Numbered from the whole stretch's first letter, positions 12,901-25,935 are shown. The stretch: DNA of 63,986 bases, filler included, from Sphacelaria rigidula (GCA_964200075.2; 3 parts of 3 records of this genome joined end to end with filler, not necessarily neighbours in it); one strand, 5' to 3'. Numbers and translations are program-made. Notes: a model not told the origin generated them from the letters alone.

Positions 12901-13547
12901 ACATTGTTATTATTCTAGTTTCGAGAGAGCTTGGTTTTGGATCTTGGAACGGTGATCGGGATCATTGAGCGCAAGAATTTGAACGAGGTACAGAGAGTTT
13001 CGAAGTGCTGTAACGTTCCGAAAGAAGAGGCACACATATAATTCCGGTATATATTGTCTACGGGGGCAGGTGCGATATTTTTCCGAAAGTACCTGTTGAG
13101 TGACGTGAGTAGTTTGAAGAGACTTCCCCGCTCACAGGATGAATCGTTGTCCAGATTGGGTTCCCGTAAGCCTACAACTGAAACGACTGCGCGAGGGGGG
13201 TGTTGAGGTACACAGCCTTTTCAGTGTAGTCTACAGTACTGAACAGCCACGGTACAGAGGTATCCGTCTTCACGGGTTGTGACAGTTACATGCGGTGGGG
13301 TTTGATACCATAGAAGGGGTATGTCTTGTACTCACGTACGCAATGTCTGAGAACTCCGCTTACCACGGTGTTGGGTAGCCTCCCGAGTTCACTTCGTTCT
13401 CTTCCTTCTTTTCCTTCCTTGACTTGCTTAGTCAAGCTACATAATACTACTCTTCTACAACAACATGATCGGCTCAGCCGTGTCCTTTGATCGACTTCAT
13501 CAGTCGTGTCTAGCTGTCCCTGTTCACGGATCACGCATCAAGGAACA
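9909..13547 (+). mobile_element. Non-autonomous/decayed LTR retrotransposon (possibly copia-derived), 3.6 kb
   Basis: LTRs at 9909-10252 and 13201-13547 ((C/T)GTTGAGG...GGAACA). Purine tract GAGGGGGG precedes the 3' LTR. Near-perfect 5-bp TSD GTAAA/GTACA. The interior has no intact pol. Confidence 0.9.
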
Positions 13548-14024
13548 GTACAGTCCTGTGCTGTGCTTTGTCACCCTGCACCCTGCCGCTGTGCCGTGAA
13601 CAGGTAGTACGGCCCAAGGCGCCACGCTGCGCTTGGTACGTGTTGTCGAACACAACAGCAAACTGCACATTTATGGTACAAGGATGTGTGTTTCAACACC
13701 GATGCGCACAGAGTGGGGCCTGCATGTAGAGAAGCCTGCACCAACTTCGGCCTGTTCTAGCCGATACAAACATCTTTTCAGCAAAGACCGCTTGCAACAT
13801 GTGCTGTGCCAAATCTTGTGCTTCATGACGATTTCTCTCATGTGGAGCATCGCCCGCTGAGCGAGCTGTTGAAACTGACAGTACCTAACCCTCTTCCCAC
13901 GATGACCTCCTGTCCGAGCTCGAGATAATCGAAACTGCGGAACACGACTTAAGCTTGTAGAACGTACACGTCGCTGTGACAAAAGCTTTTATATTATTGA
14001 AAGGAAAAACACTGCAGAGAGACT

Positions 14025-14233
14025 GTGTCGTGTGTGTGTGTGTTGTCGTCCGATCTATTCTGGGCGCCGGTCTACACCAGTCGGTATATGTGGGCACACC
14101 AGCCGGGGTCACGCAGGAGGAAGGTCAACACAGGATTTGTTTTTTTTAGTATCCCACCTTTCTTCTGCGGTGCTTGCCTTTGTTTTTTTCGCGAGAGGGA
14201 TTCAGCAGTTTAGCAGTCCCTTTCCCTCGTCGA
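14025..14233 (-). mobile_element. tRNA-derived SINE, 5'-truncated copy
   Basis: Matches the 3' part of the full-length copies at 35410 and 49385. The (CA)n tail reads as (GT)n at the left end. Confidence 0.8.
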
Positions 14234-14499
14234 TCGTTAGGGCCCATTTTATCGAGTTCAAAAATGTTGGAACGCGACGTGATAGTGATAGTGATTATGG
14301 CGGTTGGGGCTTTTTTTTTTTTCCATGATTCCGATTGGTTGTGAGTTGATGCTACATTCTCATCTCCCCCAAAATCACTCTCACCAAAATTAATGTTTTG
14401 GGTATTAATTTTCGTGAGAGCGGAGGGACATTCGCGTGAGAATGCGAAGAGGAACATGACATGGTTGGAAGGAGTGAACTGTTGAGCTCTTCATGGGAC

Positions 14500-15355
14500 A
14501 GACAGTTGGGATCCCGTCACCAGCAGTAGCCACGCGTGGGAGACAGATACACTCCACGTGCAGAGCTCCCCTAGAGAGATGCGCACAGCTATTTTCCCCA
14601 GAACCTCGCCGAGTGAGCAAGCACGGCGGGTAGGACGTACCAGCCCTGTCCAGCACAGTGGTCATCACCCGCAAGGTGCGTGGGTGTTGTCGCACGGTCG
14701 AAACGCGGACCGTCTACGATGAAGAGCAGCAGCAGCAGCAGCATCGGTACCAGCTGATTCCAAAGCATCCCCAACCGCATATATTTACTGGCAATGAATA
14801 TGCTGCTGCTTCTGCTACTGCTGCTTCATCTTCTCGTGCGGAAGGTGGCCCGCGTTTCCCCGTGCAACAATACCCATGCACCTGGCGCGTGATTTTCTCC
14901 TCTCCACTTACAATCGATCATGATATGTTTGCGTGTAGTTACAGTACCCTTATATTGTATACTGTAGAATTTCAGTACGAGCACATTTCACTTGTTTTCC
15001 CCTGTATTGGACGCTGGCTACATTCTTTCAAGGCCATCACCAGCAGTGGCCACACGTGCGAGACACACCCGATGTGTACAGCTCGCACAGAGAGATGCAC
15101 GCAGCTGAATCTCCTAGCACTTAGCCTGGCGAGGAAGCATTCACTTATTAGTGGGCAGTACGAACCAGCGCTTTCCGGCATGGTGGCTATCACGCGCAAG
15201 GTGCGTGGGCGTTGTAGCACGATTGAAACGCGCACCTTCTATTGCATGAGGAAAAACGGCAGCAGCAGCAGTCGGCAGCAGCAGCAACAGCAGCATCGGC
15301 ACCGGCTGATTCAGACCCACCACTGGCCGTACACATTTACTGGCAATAAAGATAC

Positions 15356-15409
<54 letters not shown>

Positions 15410-16075
15410 TCGTGCGGGAGGCGATCCGCGTTTCGACGTGCGATAATCCCCATGACCTGGCCCGTTATTGCCCCCTCCAACAGTATTACTTAAAGTAGAC
15501 TACGATCTGTTCGCGTGTTGTTACCCCCAGACAGTAGTAGCGTTTTCAGTACAAGTACATATCACTTGTTTTCCCCTGTATTGGACGCTGGCTTAGTTCC
15601 CATCACCGGCAGCAGCCACGCGTGCGAGACACATCCGACGTGCACAGCTCGCACACAGAGATGCGCGCAGCTATATCTCCCAGCAATTAGCCTAGTGAGC
15701 AAGCATAGGCCTAGACCCGTCGACGGGTCGTACGGACCAGCGCTTTCCAGCACGGTGGCTATCGCGTGCAAGGTGCGTAGGGGTTGTAGCACGATCTAAA
15801 CGCGGACCGTTTCTCTCATGCGTAAGAACGGCAGCAGCAGCAGTATCGGCACCAGCTGATTTAGACCCACCCCCAGCCGCGTACATTTACTGGCAATAGA
15901 GATGCTGCTGATACTGCTGCTGTTGCTCCTTCTTCTCGTGCGGAAGGCGGTCGGCGTTTCGACCTGCGACGATACCCATACCCCCTTGCGCGTTATTGCC
16001 GCCCTCCTTGAAGTCGCTGGTCTGTTCGCGTGCTGTTTCACCGTTCCTGTATCACTTGTTTCCCACCCCAGCATA
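14500..16075. repeat. Three diverged tandem units of ~520-570 bp with CAG and CTG tracts
   Basis: Marker TCACC(A/G)GCAG..GCCAC.CGTG.GAGACA at about 14518, 15037 and 15603. Each unit has a CAG tract, then CATTTACTGGCAAT-like text, then a CTG tract. Confidence 0.85.
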
Positions 16076-16199
16076 CTCGATTAGAACGATGCGTGATTTT
16101 TCGTGATAATGAAGATGTGAACCATCAGTTCACCATCACTAGCACGAAATGATTATCATTTTCCTTGTGTTTTCGTTGTTTCGTTAAAATACGACCTTA

Positions 16200-16575
16200 A
16201 ATCAAATTTTGTGTACCCACGACATAGTCGCTCTCCACTGTTAGCGCATTGTATGAGAAGAAATTCCAGATCGCTCCGAGAATTGAACCCACGACCCCAT
16301 CTTCAGAATGTTTCGAGTGCCGTGGGTACACAAAATTCTTCTCTAACGATCGACGAGGGAGGGGGATGGCTGAGCCCTTATCTCGATAAAAAATTAAAAG
16401 CCAAGCGCCGCAGAAGGAAGGTGAAGTACTCAAACAAATAGAAATAAGAAATTCCTGTGCTCGCCTTCCTCCTGTGTGAACCCGGCTGAATCGCCCCCAT
16501 ATAGCGAAAGGAAGGTGGTGTAGTAGACCGGCGTCCACAATAGATAGGACGACAACAAACACACACGTACACATA
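16200..16575 (+). mobile_element. SINE copy with inverted 5' portion
   Basis: 16319-16575 is the SINE body and tail in + orientation. 16200-16318 is the head region in - orientation. Confidence 0.75.
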
Positions 16576-17676
16576 CATGCGGTCCCGATACATGGTCTCT
16601 TCGCCTGAAGTTTCGTACGGAGACATATCTCCATGCGCGACAAGATACACTCGACATTGCGTGTGAATCAACGAGAAAGCATTTGACCGGGCTGTTGGAG
16701 CTATGTATTGGTCATGGTCCAATTTGTCTGCGTCGATGAGATACGGCTGTGACCAGTGTAAATCTGTTTTTAAGTTACCCCAGCCCGCAGGGTGAGTGTC
16801 GGTTCTTGTCACCTACATGACTACCATATCATGCTTCCTCCTCACCCCTGTGTTGTCCATGTTGATGTACAATACACCACCCACACTCACCTCCGGACGG
16901 CACTCGCACTCACACCAAGCCACGCGGCAACCAAGGCTTGGGGCAAATCATCACTTACTCGTATGCCTCCACCAAAAATACCAGGCCGCTAACCTTCCCC
17001 ACAAAAATAATAGCCGAGTGACTTCACATGCATGAACCAACCGCTGTCGAGGTGATCACGATCAGTGATGCTGCTCTATACAGTACTCTTCGGATTCTCG
17101 GTCCTAAAATGTGGATGCCGCCGGTCGCGACTTGCACACGAATATCTCGTACCTCGTATGCGCGGCGCTTGTATGCGTGGGGGCATCCTCTTTCAGGTGG
17201 CCGCTGTGTTCCCACCAAACAACTCTTTCGGACCCCAGGCGAGGAACAACATAAAACAGTGGCCTACACTCGAGCATGGACGCCCAAAGGGTCAATCCTT
17301 TCACGGCTGGAGGGTCATCTGGGCGTTACAGAAATACAGACAGTACAGTACAGTATCCGGATGACCCGCCGCATCGGATGAAATGCAGAGCGAAAACATC
17401 GCGCTGGCTCCTTTAGAACCACGTCTAGCCGTCAACCATACGGACCAGGATAAAAAGTGCAGGACAGCACAGCATAGTGCCCCAGTAGCACACGCCGAGC
17501 AAACACAAGAAGCTAACCTTACCAAGTTACTCACAACATCTTTGCGCACAGTACCGCACATGTTAACAAAGGGCTTGGTTGGACCGTGATGCACCGCTAG
17601 TAGTAGGGATGAGGAGGAATAAACGTCTCTGTTCAATGCAGTAGTGACCAGTTACAACACTCGACGTGGTCGGCAG

Positions 17677-17780
17677 AACTGGCGTCCAGAATAGATGAGA
17701 CCACACACACACACACACACAAAGATGCACAGACACACAGACACACATATACACACAAACAGACACACAGACACACACAC
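17677..17780 (+). repeat. SINE 3' fragment with expanded (CA)-rich microsatellite
   Basis: ACTGGCGTCCAGAATAGATG followed by CA/CAGA repeats, as at the SINE tail. Confidence 0.7.
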
Positions 17781-19135
17781 AGGGCATGGTCAGCAGAAGT
17801 CTCCGTCTGGAGATTCCCAGTAGTTTCACATTAATATACTGTAGAGAGTTTCAGATTTCGAAAACCTCAAGTTTAAAACACTTGTAAATATGCCAACCTC
17901 GGTTTTTCCAAAACCCACAGCAATCGAGGCATGGGAAGCTATGTCGTTTCAAACGAAAAGTGTATCATCGACACGTTTCAGCAAGTGGGGTCTTAGAGAG
18001 ATGACATAATCAGTATCCCGCCTCCGAAGAAAATCGAGGTCAAGAAGACCTGGTGGCGGACAGCGTTGAACTTACTCCGTCTGGTACAGACCAGCTCGGT
18101 ACGGTAAACCGGGCAGCAGGGTGTAAGTGTCCCACGTTTTGGACGCTTGAGGCACACTCCACTCACCATGGGCTCTGTAGCTGCTGTCGCTACTGGCCAT
18201 TGCCATATCCTCCCTCTGACATCCGCACTATGGCGCAGTACAGTGAGTTCTTCGCTTGCCGTTGAAGTATGACCGACAGTAGTGCTATGTCTGTGCGGGC
18301 TGGGAACATCTCAGCGTTTCACCGAGTCCATTTTTTGTTGTTGTCAAGACGCCTCCTTGTGAAACGCTGGATAATGGCAAAAGTCTCAATTTTGTATGGA
18401 GGATCCATGAGTGTTGTACAGAGGTCATCCACTTCGTGCTTTCATTGGTTGAGGGTGCTTACGCTTTGAGGGGTGCTCAGGCTGGTTCTTAACGAAGGGT
18501 ATTATCCCCCTTTCGAAATCCCCATTTTGAGGAAGGATTGGCCCCGCAACGACCAGCCTTCATTCTTTTTGATAAAGCACCATCCCACCAGATATATCCT
18601 TTTTTCGGGTTGCGTCACTCCCAACAGCGGCACAATCCCACACCGAAGAGGAACGCGGCGGAACAACGTGCCTTCATCGCCTGGTCTGCCTTTGCATTGC
18701 CTGGTCTGCCTTCGCATTGCCTGCGTACCGTTTGACGTCTGACTGGAATAACACTGATCCCGACCCGACTCTTTTATGCGAATGCACGCAGTACACTATT
18801 ATTGCACCGACCTACCCGGTGCTGCATGAGATTTCGACGATTGCGGGAGGGGCGACGCCTGGAGCCCTCGTTGCTTCTTTCGCCTGGGTCGGCGGCTACG
18901 GTTCTGGTGCAGCAGGTGCGGGTGTGTCACCGGCCTCGCCATGTCGCCAATAGTTAGAATCTCCAGTGAAACCTGTTGTTGTGGCTTCTTCTCTCCTTCA
19001 CCTCTACTACCGTTTTCTTGCCCCGAGTTTATCGCGTCGGGCTGAGTTGTTCACAACACTACGGAAAGGTCAGCGACTGTAGTGCCGACGTATGATGCCA
19101 CGGACTGACGACGAGGTGATGACTGCGGGGTTCAC

Positions 19136-19789
19136 AACATGTGTTCGAGACATCAGGATCTTTTTCGGAACGACAGGTCTTCCATGACTTACAGTGTCAC
19201 CGAGGCGGTCGAATCGTCCGAAACGGCGGTCACCCCCTGAAAGCCCGTGATCTGACGGGAATGACGTTCTCTACGATACCCCCCCCCCCCAAAAAAAAAA
19301 AAAAAGCCCGGGTCGGGGGGGGACAATCTTAACGTAAATCGCTACGCGAAAGGCCGGGCCCCCCGCGCCGCCGGGAATCCCCACGCTTGGGTTCGTTCTC
19401 GCCAATGTCGCCCATACAAGGCGCTTCATGCAGCCTGAACCCAAACATCAGGCACTGTATGAGCATTTTCTTCGGGACACTTTTGGGCTGGTTTTCGGGG
19501 GGGGGCAGGGGAGTAGTAAAAACTGTCGAATTTTGGTACAGAAAGAGTTAAAATCGACGGGGTCAGCGCAGGGGGATGAAAAAGAACGTGTCTCGAGTAA
19601 AAGAACACATTCTTGGCCGTATCTCATGAAAGGTGTCACCGATTTCAAAATTGATTGCGCCAACATTCACATCAGATCACGGGCTTTCATAGATTTGACG
19701 CCCGTTTCGGACGATTCGACAGCCGTGGTGTAAATTACGGGAAACCTCCCGTTCCGAAAAAAATGATTTCCCAATCTCACCAGCATGTT
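19136..19789. mobile_element. Foldback/MITE-like element, family B, copy 1
   Basis: The left arm (TTTTTCGGAACG...GTCGAATCGTCCGAAACGG...GAAAGCCCGTGATCTGA) is the reverse complement of the arm at ~19670-19770. A related copy lies at 34860-35238. Confidence 0.75.
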
Positions 19790-20084
19790 GTTATAACCCG
19801 CCGCACAGATTGTTCCCCTTTGAGGTGTCCGCAAATCCCGTTTTGTAGACGGGATTCCAGGGTTTTTTGTTTTTCTAATTCTGAGGCCACCTCTTTTGTG
19901 TCGAAGATGAAATATTTTTTGGAAAGTGCCTTTTTGGCTCTTTTCCGGCGATTTTCGCCCGAAAAGAGGGTTAGGCGGATGATGACACCCTGGAATGGCT
20001 TGCTCTACGCGTTGAGACTGCTCGAAAGCACCTTTGCGTTTTCCGTAGGACCCAGTTTTGCTTCAGGCCTAACTTGCATTTGAC

Positions 20085-20503
20085 AGCCTGGATTAGTTAT
20101 TGAGATTCAACATTTTTATGAGTTTCAACTCGAAAACAGTGCTTTCCCTGACCTGAAGTCATGACCTATGAATTTCACATGGACTACCTCATGCCCCCCG
20201 ACCTCCCTAAAATTATTTCTGGGGGTTGCCCGTATTCCGTGCCCCCAAGGCGTATATGCGAAAGCACCTTTTCAGCCTCGATATCGGGGCGAGAAAAGAG
20301 ACGTTTTAAGCCCGAATTTGGTGCTTTCGCACATACACTTTGGGGGCACGGAAGACGGGCAACCCCCGAAAATAGTTTCAAGAAGGTTGGGGGGGATGAG
20401 GTCGTCCATATGAAATTTATAGGTCATGACTTCAGGTCAGGGAAAGCACTGTTTTCGAGTCGAAACTTATTGAGATGTTGAACCTCAATAACGAATCCAG
20501 GCT
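20085..20503. mobile_element. Foldback/MITE-like palindromic element, family A, copy 2
   Basis: Ends AGCCTGGATT / AATCCAGGCT. Arms include CTCGAAAACAGTGCTTTCCCTGACCTGAAGTCATGACCTAT and its exact reverse complement. Confidence 0.85.
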
Positions 20504-21288
20504 CTTATTTCCAGTAACAAACGATCACGTTATCAGCAAACAAGGAAAGAACTGCGAGCTTTTTCGCTAACTCAACCGTTTGTTATTGAAAGTGCAAGGT
20601 TGGCTACGAACAATACTGTGACCTACGAAAATTTTAAAGGTGCTCTGGCACAATCTCGGCGACTAGAGCAAGTCATTCCAAGGTGTGTGGAAGGATAAGC
20701 AATACCGCAAGCAGTAGTGCCGTATACGCCGAACGCAAGCAAGCCACGCCCCTGACGGGTGTAGACAGGCGGTCGTGTTACCGACTTGCTGATCCAAACT
20801 GCTGTCTCACTCTCTCAAGACAATAGCCCAGCTGTCCAAGTGGGAACAGCCCCACAGCCAGCAAACAAGTAACAATAGTGAATGAGGGTCATAGTACAGC
20901 ACAGCTAAGACTCACGTCAATAAGGCTGTGGACTCGCGACACTGAATACAGGAGATCGGTAGGTAGCTGATGAGCAAAGCTCTTCTTTATATCCAATTAG
21001 GCCTGAAGACTGTAGTCGAGGTTTTCGAGTGGGGCAGGGGGTAGGGCAGCTGCCCATACATCCGTCTGCCCTGCTTACAATCTCGTCATAATACAAAATC
21101 ACCGTGACGCGCCGTACCTTCAGGTAATCAAGGCTGTACCCGCGGCTAACCGGGTACAATCCTTTTGCCTACAAACCGCTGTGGCAATAATGCAGGGATC
21201 GAATCCTGCCTTACACACACATTCGACTAGAATCCTTCCATACCCGCTGGTCCTTTCTGGGGACCATCTGCATATCCACAAGGAAACT

Positions 21289-21388
21289 NNNNNNNNNNNN
21301 NNNNNNNNNNNNNNNNNNNNNNNNNNNNNNNNTTAATTAATTAANNNNNNNNNNNNNNNNNNNNNNNNNNNNNNNNNNNNNNNNNNNN
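21289..21388. other. Assembly gap linker
   Basis: 100 bp of N with a central TTAATTAATTAA. The same structure occurs at 42650-42749. Confidence 0.95.
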
Positions 21389-22269
21389 CCGTATAATGGG
21401 CCATTAAGTGACAGGGTCAGAAGAAATTCGGAACAGTATTTTGCAGGCCATTTATCGGCCCACGTTTGGTGTTTGTGTATTGAAATCTTGTGTGGGTGCT
21501 CTCTAAGGCATAATCAACAAAAGGAAGTGGGTCAGGTTATTTTTTTTTTCCAATTTCTCCCAGTGGTTTTTTAGGTCGTTCTAAACATGAGAAAATGAAG
21601 AACAAGAAAGCTGTCTTATTTTATTCATTATTCACTGTACGCCGTATCTTGAGATGGATGACGAATTAGGCGAAGGTGAGGGTATCGATCGTCTCCCCGT
21701 GCTTCAGGGAATGTCCACGATACCACCCCCTGATAAACCAGGTACTTGACTCGCGTATCACCCCGGCAACACCAATAATTGAGGATCCTGACCCCAATTG
21801 AGGATTGCGCCGATATATATATGGTAACTAGGATTACGTTCAGAGCTCTAGGCGCACGACTGACGAGAACCGGGCTCACGAGAGTGAAGCGGGGCAACTC
21901 GCAATAACAGATGTATAGTGTATAAAAATTATTAATTAAATTAAAGATTGTTTGAGGATGGATGGTTGGATGGTTGATTTATTTTTTTGAGCAAGGGAAA
22001 GACAATATGGTAAAGACCATATTTCACGAGAACGCCCTAACCTCTATGAAAAAAAAAATTATGAAGGCCATTTTTTTTTTTATTCGGCACTCTTTTATGG
22101 TTCTTCACNNNNNNNNNNCATCGATCGGGAGTTTCATAGAGATTTTAGTATTGGCGCTATTTCCCTTAGGTATAGGAATTACTAGACATAAGTTTTAATC
22201 AACAAGAAAATATGGGCCCAAACTTTTAAGCAGATGGGCACGTTCCCCTTGATTAAATGATTAATACGG

Positions 22270-22355
22270 TAATATGCGGATCACGGCCCAACTCGTCTGT
22301 GTCGATGAGATATTGCTTTTAGAGGATAAATCCGTTTTTAGGCTGGCCCAGCTCG
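22270..22355. mobile_element. End of a TA-flanked TIR element (CGAGCTGGGCCAGC family)
   Basis: Diverged reverse complement of 63920-63986. Ends GGCTGGCCCAGCTCG followed by TA and abuts a SINE fragment. Confidence 0.7.
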
Positions 22356-22526
22356 TACCCTTTCGGGATAATATGTGGGCGCATCAGCCGCGGTCACACA
22401 GGAGGAAGGTCAACACGGGAGCTTTTTCTCTTTTTGTTTTTTGTTTTTTGTACTCCACCTTCCTTCTGCGGTGCTTGCCTTTATTTTTTATCGCGAGAGG
22501 GGTTCAGCAGTCCCTTTTCCTCGTCG
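22356..22526 (-). mobile_element. SINE internal fragment
   Basis: GGTCACACAGGAGGAAGGTCAACAC...CACCTTCCTTCTGCGGTGCTTGCCTT matches the SINE family. Confidence 0.8.
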
Positions 22527-23292
22527 CTTTGGCCTCTGGGAATGCACTGCGCTAGAGCTGATATGCTTTGGCAGAAAAAGCAGATAGGAAGGCTTTGACC
22601 GGATGTTCCAAGAAGTGAGGGTCGTGATTTAGAGCTACTTCCGTTGGGTTGGGAGAACCAGTTTGGGTGGGAAATTTGAGAAGCACCGGTTTGGGGCGAA
22701 CCGTGCGAAAGCGGCGAAACCGAAGAAAAATGACGAAAAAATAAATAAATCGTAGGACGGAGCATAAAGTAGGAGCCTGGCTAAGCCTTATCTATTTTGG
22801 GACAGAGGGAGTATTATTATAACGCGGGTCTGACTACACGGGTTACGGCAGGTGGTAAGTGTAGATCCTTTCTGCCTGTGTGTCATACCCTTTGGCCTAG
22901 ATTCTTCCAAATTATTTGACGAAGAAAAGAACATGTGTCATAATCTAACCATCCCCTAATCCGTAACTGCAAACGCCTCGTCGGATTCTTTGCAGTAATT
23001 GACAAGTCAGATCGCGTTCAACTGTGGCCTCTCACAGCCACGTTGACGAAACAGTACCTACAGTGAAGGGCGGGGTAGAAGGAGAGCTGGCCCTTGAGGA
23101 GCATAGTAGTACTCGTGTACATCCAGACTGGGCAACATTACACAGGTGCTGGCCTTCAAGGGCCGTCGTGTCGTCCTCCTTGGGCTGCTTGTGCGTTGGA
23201 GAGCGGCGGACTGAATTTTCGCGCATTTTATCCGAGGCGACCGCGAATACACGTGCAGCAAGACTAGGTTGACGAGGTGTGGCGAATCAAAT

Positions 23293-23898
23293 ATGTCTAA
23301 TACGACAGGACAACAGACCGCAAGTAGTCCATTCGCTTCGTTTGCGCGAATCTTATACCTGCATGTGCTCCTACTCCTGGCACTTTTCGGGGCGCCAATC
23401 ACTACAGCAAGCACTACCGTGAACACAGCGCCTAGCTCGAGAGGATGCCCGCTGTCCCGCTTCCAATTGGCCTTTCAAACCCCATTAAACGCCCTTTCGG
23501 CAGCCCTGCATGGGCGGCCAGGTGGCGAACACGTAACAGCGTCCCAGGCACCCAGTTCTGGTCCTGCACCAGCGCCGAGGTGGATCGCTGAAGGCTCAAA
23601 TGCCGGTATCGACGTGTCGCGGGCACCCCGTGTGCTTCGCTCGCGGCGGGTTCAAGTGTCGCCTCTGAGAATGTCCGCTGTTGAGGAGAAGCCTCAGGTG
23701 GGTACCAAGCGGCCGGCCGAAGGTGACGCCCCGAACGAGCCGACCGAAACGAAGGCTGAGAAGAAGGCAAGGCGCGCGGCGAACAACGCGAAGACGCTGG
23801 GCGTGCACGTGGTCGGCCTGTCGCACCATAATGCCGGTGTAGACGTGAGGGAGAAGCTAGCTGTACCGGAGGCAGAGTGGAATATGGCGTCTGCTGAG
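23293..23898 (+). CDS. hemA: Glutamyl-tRNA reductase, exon 1 of 5, with a probable bipartite plastid presequence
   Basis: Hydrophobic stretch ILYLHVLLLLALFGA, then a Ser/Ala/Arg-rich segment, then VVGLSHHNAGVDVREKLA. Donor GAG|GTATGT. The start ATG is inferred. Confidence 0.9.
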
Positions 23899-25677
23899 GT
23901 ATGTGTCCGCGTGTGTCTTTTTTGTGCGGAGCTTTTTGCGCAATGTGTTGATGTTTTGTTCTCGGGAAGTGCTTGTTTGGTTGTATAGCACAGCCAGCCG
24001 AGTCAGAGATGTTGTGAACTGACCGTACCACGAAGATATGGTTGACGCTTCGCGCTACTGTGCTGTGCTGCAGATTTGCAAAGAGTCGCCATGGTTTTGG
24101 TGCAGCGTCGCTTGTTGTGGACAAGCGCCCATCTTGCAGTTTGTGGTATCATCGATTTGTCCCAGTTCTCGGTTTGTTGTCTAGGACTCTAGGGCAGTCA
24201 ACTGCTATACACCGAGTCGGATACAAATCTGCACAGTTCCGCCACAGTGTGACTGACTCTCCTCACCACTGTACAAGTGTTGTCTGTAGATTGGTCTGCT
24301 TTCACTATGGCTGTTCGGTAGCCCCGCTTAGTGCGGGCAATCGTCCATCTTGGAGCTTCTGGTATCACCGCACTGTCGCTCTGCTCTAGGCTGGTATCGC
24401 ACCACGCCGACGTGTTGCTGGCGAAGAGTCTCGTCCCGTTGAAACTGGCCGTTTCCCCGAGCATGTATTCCTCCAGCTATTTTCCGGGGCTCTAACGTAC
24501 TGTAGACTTGGTATCATCTTTTCCCGGCTGGGCGACCTGTGCCCACTGTCGGTACATTATGTGCTAGCTCGCTTCCAGCTACAGCTTGATAGCTCGCGGG
24601 CTGGTGCTGCAGCGTAAGTGACTTTCGGAGTGTGGTTTGTCATGCGGCTGCCGCGCCGTTGAGGTCTACGCGCACGAAAACCCTGGTGTTTCACATACCA
24701 TCTGTTATGCTCAAGGTCGGATCAATCGATTGCCTCGGGAAACCCCCCGGAGGCGAGCATAAAACAGCAGTAAGCAAGATGGCAGGCCGCATTTCGTTGA
24801 CCTGGTCAAACACCCTACTTTACTGCAGTATACACGATGGACGCTGGCTTGACTTTTCTTGAGCAAGAACCTGCATTTTGCCCGTCTCCCGCAAGGTGCG
24901 CAGCTGGAGTCGTCTATTCGGCTTTCCGCAGCCTGCCCACTTCGCAACAGGCAGCGGTGAAAGTATGTGGCGCGTTGTACGAAAATTACTCCCGGATGTA
25001 TGGTACTCACCCGAAATATATGCGAATATTCAAATATCGAGTGCCTGTCCTCACACGTTCGCGTTGGCATGACGGGTCGAGAACCGCGAGATCCTCTCAT
25101 TTCCCTGAGTGGCACATGAATTATCGTGCAGTTTTGCAAACTGTACTTCGAAGTTCCTGTGTAGTTTGCCCGCCCTAGTCGGCCTCAGAGGCACTAGTAA
25201 CAAGAGAAGTGAACATGAGAGTCGTACTGGTGTTGTACGAGAACTACAGTTAGTGGTACTAATGAGTAGCTGACGCGGACTCCGGACGGTCAAACACCGA
25301 TGGCCCTTTTCAAGACGGCGCAATAAGCGGCGAAGCAACGACAGGGGCTGACGGTTGCGCAGTAATGAATATAATGAGCGAATGGTGGTCCGTCCTACCC
25401 GCGATGCCTTTTCGATGTCCTTTGTCAGCAAGGGGCCATATTGATAATAGCACTCGGCGAACTAATATGTTGAGTCCAAGTACTTGGGACCAAACATCGC
25501 TTGACCGTCCCGTACTTCAGCATACGGTCGTCCTTGTATCTGAACCGAACTTCCGTGTGTTGCCCCGGTCATTGCAGTGTACACAGCTCGACGACAAACC
25601 TGGAGGACATCCCGTCCAATGTGTCTCATGAACCTTTGTCTCGTTTCAATATTCGATGGAACTGTGTGTTGTGACAG

Positions 25678-25935
25678 CTGTGCAAGATGCCCAACATCCA
25701 GGAAGCGGCGGTACTGTCCACATGCAACCGTTTCGAGGTCTACATTGCCTCTCATGACTCGCACGCGGCCATTAGGGACGTGATGACCTACCTCCACGAA
25801 CGCTCAGGACTATCCCAGGTGGAGCTGCGGAAAAACCTTTTCATGCTCAGCTTGGACGATGCCGTGTGGCACCTGCTGCGCGTTAGCGCCGGTCTGGACT
25901 CGCTCGTTGTGGGGGAGGGCCAGATTCTGTCTCAG
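25678..25935 (+). CDS. hemA: Glutamyl-tRNA reductase, exon 2 of 5
   Basis: Catalytic STCNRFEVY and GLDSLVVGEGQILSQ motifs. CAG acceptor, CAG|GTGCG donor, phase 0. Confidence 0.95.

Noticed and set aside
14658..15446. 262-aa polyQ/polyA ORF
   Set aside because: It arises from CAG/CTG tandem repeat units, and the frame is not maintained across units.
21333..21344. TTAATTAATTAA palindrome inside N runs (also at 42694-42705)
   Set aside because: Artificial scaffold linker with stops in all frames.
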